Shown piece by piece: positions 11,601-21,792 of a DNA stretch of 64,000 nt (position 1 is its first letter; every line of letters begins with the position of its first letter). The DNA lies in the NCBI RefSeq assembly GCF_048593235.1, contig NC_133618.1, positions 254,783,882 through 254,847,881 of the forward strand, written 5' to 3'. Origin of the DNA: Sminthopsis crassicaudata (taxonomy: Eukaryota). Made by a program: the position numbers and the translations under genes. A model generated the notes under the pieces. It saw nothing but the letters and a program-made list of their open reading frames with translations. It searched no databases and was not told the DNA's origin.

Positions 11601-14600
11601 TTGCTATTCCCCAGGGCCCATCATTCAAACACAATGAATCATTGTAACTAAAGACTAAAAATGAGACAAGAAACCAAACATAAACAAAATTATCTTGGGA
11701 AAGCAGCTTTCTGGCCACCCTAACATCTAAAGGGAAAATTCTTAGTATATTTAAAAATCATCAGACAAGCAAACAGTCAATGAAGAATGAGCCAAGGGCC
11801 ACCATTCATAATATGCCAACAATTGAAACTCATGGAGTACATATTCCTATTCCTTTCTGCTTATGGGCAGGGGCTTATAAGAGGTATAAATAGCAGGGAA
11901 GAAAAAAGGACAAGGAAAATAGAGATTTCAAAGGATGATAGATTTAGAATGGGGAAAGACCTCAGGGATCATTTGAGCTACCCCTTTTCTTTTACAGATG
12001 AGAAAATTGAGGCCCAGAAGAATTAAGTGACTTTCTCAAATTTATAAAAATAAACAGGGTGTCTCTTGAACCCAGGTCTTCTGACCACCTATCTCACGGT
12101 CTTTCTATTGCACTTGCCCCATGCTATATTGCTGGTCTACAGTAAACTCAACCCCTTCAAACACCAATGAGCCCCAGATGTGTTTGGTGACAGGAAGAAT
12201 GGGGGTAGAGATCTACCAGTCCCACTTCCTCCAGGGATTTAATTACTTTGAAAGCTAAGATAACTTTTCTTCTTCAGGTTCTCATTCTTCTATACTTCCT
12301 TTTTCACTTGGAGTTATTTAAAGCTTAATGAACATTCAACATAAAAATATATATAAGGATAAAGTATTTGTTAATGACAATAGGTCCTTATCGATTATAA
12401 TTTCCTTCACCAATTTCAGGCAAAAAGATATTTTTCTATTTCCCTTAATCGGATTCAACCCCTTTAATTTCAAATAGCTAGCTTTTGAACAACATAGTAA
12501 ATCTACCTTTTGAAAACCTTTTCAAGACCTTCTTAAATCTAATCTTCTCCAGAACTTGTCTCAGGGAAATTGAGGTAGTTATTTCTTCCAGTCCTAGTCC
12601 ATCTAAGAAATCATAATGGTATCCAGGAAAAAAAAAATCACTTTAATCCCTTCCACACTAAGAGAAAGATAAATCCCAGTAAAATAACTTCTAGAGAGTA
12701 GAATCATCTTTATGTGAAACAGCATACTTCTAGGTAGTTGTTGGTAAATGTTCAAAGCCCAACTGTGAGGTAGAAATACAGAATATAACAAGCCATTATT
12801 CAATTGATAAATGGTCAAAGAATATGAACAATTTTCAGAAGAAGAACTCTAAGTCATTTCTAGTCATATGAAAAAAATGCTCTTAATAGTGATTACAGAA
12901 ATGCAAATTAAGACAACTGAGTACACCTCTCAGATTGGCTAAGATAAAAGGAAAGCTATATAGGAAAATTGGAACACTAATACATTGTTGGTGGAGTTGT
13001 GAAGTGATCCAATCCAATCTGGAGAGCCATTTGGAACTATGCCCAAAGGACTACAAAATTGTGCATACCTTTTATTTCTGGAGTTACTGGGCTTATATCC
13101 CAAAGAGATCACAAAAAAGGGAAAAGGACCCACATGTGCAAAAAATGTTTGTGGCAGCCCTTTTTGTAGTGTCAAGAAACTGGAAACTGAGTGGATGCTC
13201 ATCAGTTGGGGAATGGCTGAATAAATTAAGATATATGAATATAATGGAATGTTACTGTTCTATAAGAAATGATGAGTAGGCTGATTTCAGTAAGGCTTGG
13301 AGAAATTGACATGAAATGACGCTAAGTGAGTAGAACCAAGAGAAAAGTACATAGCAACAAGATTATGTGAAGATGTGATGAACACAATGAGGTGATTCAG
13401 TTCAATTTTAAAGATTGGTGATGTAGAGAGCCATCTGCATCCAGAAGACTATGGGAACTGAATGTGGATCACAACATAGTATTTTCACCTTTTTTGTTTT
13501 TGTTTGCTTCCTTTATTTTTCTTTCTTTTGTCTTTTTTGATCTGATTTTTCATGTGCATCATAATAAATGTATAAATATGTTTAGAATTACACGTTTAAC
13601 CTGTATTTGATTGCTTGCTGTCTAGGGGAGGGAGGGAAAAAAATTTGGAATACAAGGTTTTGCCAGCATGAATGTTAAAAAGTATATTTGCATGTATTTT
13701 ATTTTATTTTTAAAAAAATTTTTTCTTTATTAAAACTTTTTATTTTTCAAAACATATGCATGGACAATTCTTCAACATAAACCCTTGCAAAATCTTGTGT
13801 TCCAATTTCCCCCCCACTTTTCCTCACTTCCTCTCCTAGATAGCAAGTAGTCCAATATATGTTAAACATGCTAGAAATATATTAAATCCAATATATGCAT
13901 ACATATTTATACAATTTTCTTGCCACACTAGAAAAATAAAGTGACAATCAAAATAAAATGCAAGCAAACAACAATAAAACGAGTAAAAATGCTATGTTGT
14001 GAACCACACTCAGTTCCTACAGTCCTCTCTCTGGGTGTAGATGGCTCTCTTCATCACTAAACAACTGGAACTTGTTTGCATCATGTCATTGTTGGAGAGA
14101 GCCACATCCATCAGAATTGATCATCGTATAATCTTGTAGTTGATCTCTTGTTTCTGCTCATTTCACTTAGCATCAGTTCATGTAAATCTCTCCAGGCCTC
14201 TCTGAAATCATTCTGCTGATCATTTCTTTTCTTTCTTTCTTTCTTTTTTTTTTGCTAAGGCATTTAAGGTTAAGTGACTTGCCCAGGGTCACACAGCTAG
14301 GAAGTGTTAAATGTCTGAGACCAGATTTGAACTCTGGTCCTCCTGACTTCAGAGCTGGTGCTCTATCCACTTCGCCACCTAGCTGCCTCCATGCTGCTCA
14401 TTTCTTGATCAGACAAGAACAATAATATTCCATAACATTCATACACCATAACTTATTCAGCCATTCTCCAATTGATGGACATTCATTCAGTTTCCAGTTT
14501 CTTGCCACTATGAAAAGGGCTGCCACAAACATTTTCGTACATGTGGGTCCTTTTCCCTCCTTTAAGATCTCTTTGGGATATAGGCCCAATAGAAATACTG

Positions 14601-15015
14601 CTGGATCAAAAGGTATGCACGTTTTGATAACTCTTTGGGCATAGTTCCAAATTCTTTGCATGTATTTTGATGAAATAGAGGATGTGATGGGATGAAAGAA
14701 GAATGGAATTTATACATATTAGTAAGCATGAAGTCTTGTGATGTCAATCTGCCTCCCTCCAGTGGGCAAAAGATAGTCCTACATCTATGTAGAGGTCAGA
14801 AAGGACAGACTCCCTGAAGCAAATACACAAACTAAGTTCAGACCATCAACTGACTCTTAACAGGGAATCTTAGCTTGACTAATGGCTTGAACTCCCTAAA
14901 AATACAAGAAGTTCTGCAGTTTCAAGTGTACATCTTCCAGATCCTCAAATGAAATGAAAAAGGAAAAGATGAAGACAACAGTAGCAAGGATGAAGTAATG
15001 ATTAGGAGGGAAGGA

Positions 15016-15046
<31 letters not shown>

Positions 15047-18000
15047 CCAAAGAGTTGAAAAGTCAAAACTAGTTATAGACTCGTGATCCTTAGACATACT
15101 ATTTTGATAACAATACTGGGTAGCAGAAGAGGAAAAGAACTACAAGGTCCAAAGGCTTGGAAGACACACTATCAGAGAAAAGGACTTTAGACTAAAGAGG
15201 TAAGTCAAATGGGCGAGGACTGGCAGGATCTGAGAATATCACACCAAAGGTCTCAGATACTAACCACCATAGATATATTTCCTTGAATCCTGAGAGCAGT
15301 ATGTACTTACAACTCAAACTAAAATAGATACTCTCTATGCCAACCCAAAAGACAAGATTCCCACTTCTGCTTGCCTCTAGAGTTCACAGAAGTCTTTAAG
15401 TGTAATTTTATCAAAGAAATCAATCTAGAACTGAGCAAAGAGCCAGTGATCTCACCTCTACATCCTGCTTATTGGCCAGGACCAAGATAGGGACCCCCTC
15501 CAAGGCTTCACTGGTGATCATTTTCTCTGGAAGAAAGAAAAATGATGAGTGATGAGCTAATCCTGGTATGGAAGCATTAAACTCTGACAGGAATTTCATT
15601 TTCAAGACCTTAGATAAGCAAAATTAGTTCTTTACATGGTTATAATGTCTTCATCTTTTCACAATCCACTGTCTTATTAACTCCCACTATGGCTTCCATC
15701 CCCATTAACCTATGAAATAGCCCTTTTAAAGATCATCAATGACTACCTAATCACCACAGGCAATGGATTTTTCTACAGGCACCATCCCATTCTCTTTAAC
15801 ATATCTGCAATACTATTGAAATTTCCTCCCTAAAACTGTTCCCTCACCTTCTGTGGGTTCTTCTATGATTCTGATTTCTTCTTTGCTGTCTTTTTAGGGT
15901 TAGGGTTAGCTAGCCTCAGAATAATATTCAAGTTCCCTCACAATCTGGCCTCTGAGGTCTTATTTCCCACTTCCTTCCTCATACAAATGTCATGTTCCAG
16001 CCAAATCAGACTGCTCACTTCTTCCCCAATCTGATTTGTATATATATATTTTCAAATATGTTTCTTAGTATAGAATGGCCTTCTTCTCATTGCCATTTAT
16101 AGAAATTTTACCCATTTTTTGAGGCCTATTTCAAATGCTACTTCTCTAGTGGAGTCTTATGCGATTATCCCTCCTTCATTTAGCACTCTGCATGTATTAT
16201 TAATACAATAATTATATAATGCTTTGAATGTAGCTACTTGGGTTCATGTTCTATCTCCTTTACTAAATTCTACTTTATCTAGCACAGAAATCATGTCTCA
16301 TTTATCTTTGCATTCCCCATGCCAAGTCTGGCAGACTAGAATATAACAAGCATGTAATAAATGGTTTTTGAAAAAACAAAACCAAAGACACCTCAGTCAA
16401 AACCATAACTCACCAAATGCTCTTTTGGTTTCTGAAAGTCGCTCCTCATCTGTAGAATCAATGACATAGATGACTCCATGAGACTCAGCATAGTACTAGA
16501 ATAATAGCAGAAGGGTTAGTGCCCAAGATCATGCTTCAGTATGTTCAGAGCGTAGCTCAGAGATCAAAGACAGAAAGAGAAATAGCAAAATGCTGGCAAA
16601 GATTCTGGCATAAACAGGATTTTCTAAATTGTTGTGATTATCAGTTTTGCTCATTCTCGGTTTTGCTCATTCTCAAGTGGAGATAGTTCATGGCATAAGA
16701 GAGTGGATGACAGGCAAACCTCCAGGTTGGAAATTCTTTTACTAGCCTAAAAAATTTAATTCAAAAGGCTTCTCATACATTATTTTATTCTATTCCTTAT
16801 ATACTACTGGATAGAAATTCTAAGACCCAGAAGTCAATGCTAAATGATTTGAAATGGGCCTTAGTCTTGCCTAACAAAATAATAAAAATCTCAAGTGAAT
16901 CCTTCCTCTGCGTTACAGTTTTGGTTAAAGATGCCAGAAAAATGGTATTTTTATCAGCCCAAGTAAAGCTTCTTTTCTAGCAAAATAATTATTATTCTAA
17001 GTAGAATATATTTTTTGACAGGAGGATTAGATTATGGGGTACAATCAGGCTAATATCAGAGCCAGAACCTACTACTAGGTATAGGTTGGAAATTGGTATC
17101 TGAAAATTCTAGCTTCTAATCATGTGGACCAAAAAAATTGTGTTTGAGTTGATAAATTTCTAGGAGTTACTTGTAAAGCTACTTCCTATGATTAGTCAAA
17201 AACATTCATATTGTAGGTCAGGAACAGTAAAATTACCAGAGGGCTATCTCAATAGTCCACCTAGCTTAATATCTGGTTTATGATGAGGCTACCCAAGGCC
17301 ATAGAACTGAGAATTTTGTGGAATTTTAAGTATAAGCATAAGGTAGAGGGATGGGAGGGATGAGAGAAATAGTTTTTTCCTTACCTTGTCCCACAGAGAT
17401 TGCAATTCTTCTTGCCCTCCCAAATCCCAGAACATAAGGCGAGCTTTGCCCACATCTATAGTACCAACTTTAAGGAAAGAAAAAAAGGGGAGGAAAAAGA
17501 AACTAAAGGTTAGATACAAGATCCCAGTCACAGAAATTTCATTTTCCTCACTCTCTCATCTGGAAATGAAGAAAAATAATACCACACTACTCTACAGAGT
17601 TACAATCTCTGAGATAAGGAAAGTACTAGCTCTCAGAAATTCAACTGGCTTTACCACATAAGAAGATCAATGAATAACCTGTTACCTGTCTTGTCTCACT
17701 CACCTTGGTCATCATAATGTATTGTCATACTATATTTATTTGTTTTCCTGATTCTTAACTAAAAAGACCCACTTACTATTCAGGCCCACTGTAGTGGTGA
17801 TTTTGGATAAACTCATTCCTTTGTAGTTTCTGTTAAATCTGGTTTTCGTTTGCTCCAAGAAAGTCTAGGTAGACAGAAAAACAAACATGAATGCAAATTT
17901 AAAACTGTTCAAAATGGAATAGGCTGCCTCAGGGAGTATGAAATTTTTAAGTGAAAAATGACACTTGTTAGGAATTTTGTTGATGGGATTCATGATTTCA

Positions 18001-18531
18001 GAAAAGCCCAGACTAGATAAGCTGAGCTCATTTTCAGCTGGAATATGCATTAGCCAACTCCTACCAATTCATGACAGCTGTATCTGCACCTCAGAAAAAC
18101 TACAACAAAAGTTTAATTTATTGTTTTGCTGATTAAGCCTAGGCTCAAAACTAAACATAAGTATGTTGTATGAACAATTGTTTTCCTTAAAAGCCAGATG
18201 TTAAATAATTACTAGCACACCTCAGTTATAAGAACTTATCTCTGAAAAATAGACCAAAGGATCCCTCCTTCCCTTCTGTAAAATCTTCCTCTCTTATAAT
18301 CACTTATAATAACCCTCTCTTGCACCTACAACTAAGTTATCACATAATCAGCTAATGTTTTACTGAATGAAAAAAAGGACTATCCCAAAATAAATTTTAT
18401 GAATAGGAATTGAGATGACTAGAAAAGAAACAACCTACCGTTTTTCCTGCATTGTCCAGGCCTAGGATCAGAATGCAGTATTCATCTCTCCGAAACATGT
18501 ATTTATAAAGCCCTGATAGGAGTGTATACAT
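8677..18531 (-). CDS. ARFRP1: ADP-ribosylation factor-related protein 1, complete CDS, 201 aa
   Basis: Coding exons (minus strand, all GT-AG): 18439-18531 ([31 protein letters not shown]), 17777-17864, 17385-17467 ([16 protein letters not shown]), 16414-16495, 15456-15526 (LANKQD), 9322-9422, 8677-8764 (..RPPRQKDIT*). Total 606 nt, in frame. P-loop, DxxGQ and NKxD GTPase motifs present. The first coding exon carries 7 nt of UTR (acceptor at 18538). Confidence 0.98.
12793..13700 (+). mobile_element. L1 ORF2 3' end plus 3'UTR fragment (ARFRP1 intron)
   Basis: ORFs 12935-13279 and 13039-13224 translate to the L1 ORF2 C-terminus ([24 protein letters not shown]); frameshifted. Confidence 0.9.
13700..14662 (-). 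mobile_element. L1 3' fragment in opposite orientation, interrupted by a WSINE1
   Basis: T-rich tail at about 13700-13750; ORF 14398-14661 reads [28 protein letters not shown] (L1 ORF2). Confidence 0.9.
14225..14390 (-). mobile_element. WSINE1-type SINE nested in L1
   Basis: (TTTC)n/T tail plus SINE body; imperfect TSD tgctgatcatttctt / tgctgctcatttctt. Confidence 0.85.
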
Positions 18532-19499
18532 CCTGCTCCTGTAAAGAAACAAGGAATCACTAGGAAATACTTTTATCTGTGGCTTTGCTCCTTACAGCAT
18601 CTTCCTTGCTTCCTTCAATATAACTATAATAACATTAACAACAACAGATAAAACAAACGAGTCAGAATGACCTTTTTCTAGGTTCTTTTTGCTGCATAAT
18701 CTTGGGAAATTCAATTTCTTCTTGGTTTCTTGCAAAATGAGTATTATTTTAGAGATTTATTTACTATCTAGAAATGTTGTAAAGATTAGATTCTAATGGA
18801 AAAACTTTAAACTCTTGGGAAAGATCAGAGACAACCATGTTAAAACACTACAAGACATTGCTCTTTCCATGTGACTGGAAAAGTTTCCACAAAGACACTG
18901 GGAGATATCCAGGTGATTTTCTACTTTATTTTTTACACTAGGAGCTAGGCTAAGTGGACCTTAAACTTCTCCCAACATAAGGACCTACAGTTGAAAACAC
19001 CTAGGGACAAAGGTTGTACAGCATACCAACCCTTAAACAGAAACTTCTCTCTTTCTCTTAAACTTTCAGAGATGCTGAGCTTTTAATATTTTTAAAGGGT
19101 TATGGGAAATAAATTTGGGGGCTCTTAGATTCCCAAAACTTGTATTCCATGGGTCAAACTCGGGCCTTCAGCACAGCCAACAAGAACATGGGAATAATGA
19201 TCTTCATTCGTGCTGACTAACAGGCTCGACTAGCAGTAAAGGCACAGTATTAGTTTGCAATGATGGTTTGGGGAACATGTAGAAGACAGTATAGACCCAC
19301 AGGCTCAGTAGTAAGACAAGGGAAGGTCTATCAGCAGGTAGACAATCCTCTCTTAAAGAGAGGACAGTGTGGACTCCCCAGTTCTGAGGTCAGACTGCTC
19401 CTAAAGTGAAAATGGGGCTGAGGGCAGAGAACTTTATGGCTCAAAGAAAGGAAACCTGAGAGCTGAGAGATGGCTGAGTAAGAGTGTATGATTGTGATG

Positions 19500-20050
19500 G
19501 GACACTACTGTGCTAAAAGAAATAAGGGAACGCTTTCAGAAAAACTAAGACTTTATATGAACTGATGCAAAGTGATGGGAGCAGAACCAGGAGAACAATG
19601 TACACAATAACACTAATAGTGAGGCAACTGGTTGGCGGTAGACAGAGGGTTGGGTCAGGAAGACCTGAGTTCAAATTCACCTTCAGAGACTTACTGTCAC
19701 CTTCGGCAAGTCATTTAACCCTTTTCCCCTCAGTTTCTTCAGCTGTAAGATGGCCCTCCGCTCCCTTATTTGACAAGACTCCAAATGGGATGAAGAGTTG
19801 GACTCGACCGAGTTAGACTGAACAACTATAAACAGTAGCAACATTATAATAATGACCAGCTGAGAAAGACAGCCATTCGGATCAATACAGTGATTCGAGG
19901 CAATTTCAAAGGATTCGTGACAAAAGACGCTAGCCATCTCCCCAGAGAACTGATGCACTGAATGAAAACGGACACACAGTTTTTTCACTTTATCTTTCTT
20001 TCCTGGGGGGGAGGGGGCGACACGACTAATATGTAAGTAAAAGGGGGAAA
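19500..20050 (+). mobile_element. Old L1 3' fragment interrupted by a Mar1/MIR SINE (about 19621-19825)
   Basis: gaactgatgcaaagtga...gcagaaccaggagaacaatgtacaca (L1) resumes after the SINE as gtagcaacatt...gtgattcgaggcaatttcaaagg. Confidence 0.65.
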
Positions 20051-20515
20051 AGGAAAGGGGCAAAGCAATTTCCAAAGGAGAGCAAAGCCCTACTGGCTCA
20101 ACAGTGAGGCATTCCCGTTAGATAGGATGGAGAAATGTATTGGGAAGACGGGATGGTGTATTCCCACAATCTCTAAAATGGGGAGAAGCGTGGAGGAGCA
20201 AGATAAGCCCAGAGAGTGGGAGGAGGGGACGGTGCAGACGAGTAGAGGAAGGGAGCCCGAAGCGTCACCTAGAAACCAGGGCCAGAGGCCTAGCTGAGGC
20301 CTAGGCCGAGGAGGAGGCGACGTGCCCGAACTGGAGACTGACCCGTGGGCTTCCTCTTCGTCTCTAGGAAGAGGTCGGTTCCGGCCAAAGGGCCCCCCCT
20401 CCAGAGGAGCCTCTTCGGTCTGGCCTCGGACTCCTAAGTCAGCGTCTCGGGGACTTCCACAACCAACGTGGAGCCCGTGAGGAAGCAACAGGGGAACGGG
20501 CCGAGGGGCTCCTAC

Positions 20516-20760
20516 CTGCGGCCTAGCGCCTCAGAGTCAGAGCCGGAGCGACTGCTACTACAGGTACTAAGGCCGGACGAGACCCTACAGGGCCATCACC
20601 TCTACTGCCAGCGAGAATCGACCTTTCTCGATGACCCCGGCGCTGTGACTTCTGGGACTTAGAGTCCACACCGACCTCCTGGAGAAAGGAGAGGCCTTTT
20701 GGAAACTACGAATCCCAGAGGCACCAAAGACCGCGGGCGGTAGGCTTGTCGGCCCCAACC
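20516..20760 (-). other. ARFRP1: Probable non-coding first exon of ARFRP1 (5' boundary uncertain)
   Basis: Minus-strand donor CAG|GTAGGA at 20516/20515 inside the CpG island; would splice to the acceptor at 18538. Confidence 0.5.
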
Positions 20761-20779
20761 ACGCTTGCACTTCCGGCGG

Positions 20780-20960
20780 ACGGCAGAAGCCGAGGAGGGA
20801 GTTCCGGTGGGTTCGTGGCGACCCTGTGAAAGAATCGAGGAGCTGTTGGCGGCCTCTCTAGCCGGAATTGCGGCATCTATGGTTGGCCTGCCCGAGCGGC
20901 GGTTTTATGGCGGCCGTGGAGGTGGCGGTGGCGGTGGCGGCTGCTTCCCAGGCCTGAGGG
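20780..20960 (+). other. ZGPAT: Probable 5'UTR first exon of ZGPAT (start uncertain)
   Basis: Donor GGG|GTGAGC at 20960/20961 downstream of the ETS/ZNF143 cluster; acceptors available at 21682 and 21792. Confidence 0.55.
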
Positions 20961-21444
20961 GTGAGCGGCTGAAGAGACATGGAGTTTGCGGGAGTAGGGC
21001 CTGAAAAAGCGGGCAGGGAGGACGGGGCTCGGGAGCAGGTCTAGATTTGAAGGAACGATCTCCCGGGAGGGTCTGTGGGCGAGGTCTCTGCGGAAGACGC
21101 CCAAGGGCTAGGCCTCACCTCCCATCCCCCACCGCCCTGCTCCCTCCGCCGCCCCTTCCTCCTCCCCCTTCCTTTCCTCCCTTCCCGTCTCCGTTTTGTC
21201 TCCCATCCTCCGCCTCCTCTATTCTCCTTCACTCCTTCTCCTCGTTCTCTTCTTACTCCTTTTCTCTGCCCTTAGGAGCTTACATTGTACTGGTGGGAAA
21301 TAAGATCTAGGCAGCTAAATCTGTACACAATTGTACCAGGTAAATAATTCTTCTTTCTCCCCTCCCCCATCCTCCCTCTCCTCCTCCCTCCCCTCGTCCT
21401 CATCCAATCCCCTCTCCCCCTGGCGGCCTGTGCCTCCGCCTCCT

Positions 21445-21475
<31 letters not shown>

Positions 21476-21792
21476 TTTCCGTCCTCTCTTCCTCCCAGAC
21501 CCCAGGGGATGACAGCTTCCAGGTTAGGAACCTTAGAGTTAAAGGAAGGTGCGGGTCCTGCCCCCCAGTAGCTGTCAGTTGACTGGAGAAATGACACTCC
21601 CCCAGCCTGAGAGAGGGAGCACGGGGACTTCTAACGCTTTAGTTAGCTTCTGTTTGAGACGACCTTGTTTCTTCTCTTCAGCTCGGGATTCCTGAAGGTT
21701 GTTGTGGAGCAGTGGCCTCCTAAACCAGCATCTCAGAGGATGTAGCGACACCCAAGTCAGTCATAGGAAGAGCTGCGGACTGCCTCTGCAGG

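Larger units (their letters stand above)
20090..21600. promoter_or_regulatory. CpG island / bidirectional ARFRP1-ZGPAT promoter
   Basis: High GC and CpG density between divergent genes. ETS/GABP cores CACTTCCGG (20768-20776), GTTCCGG (about 20801), CCGGAA (about 20862). Two ZNF143/SBS-like motifs: AACTACGAATCCCAGAGGC (20704-20722, +) and 20649-20665 (-). Confidence 0.9.

Noticed and set aside
16655-16680. 16-bp tandem duplication (gttttgctcattctc x2) and similar micro-duplications at about 10365, 3670 and 59545
   Set aside because: Ordinary slippage events with two to four copies; no spacer structure, not CRISPR-like.
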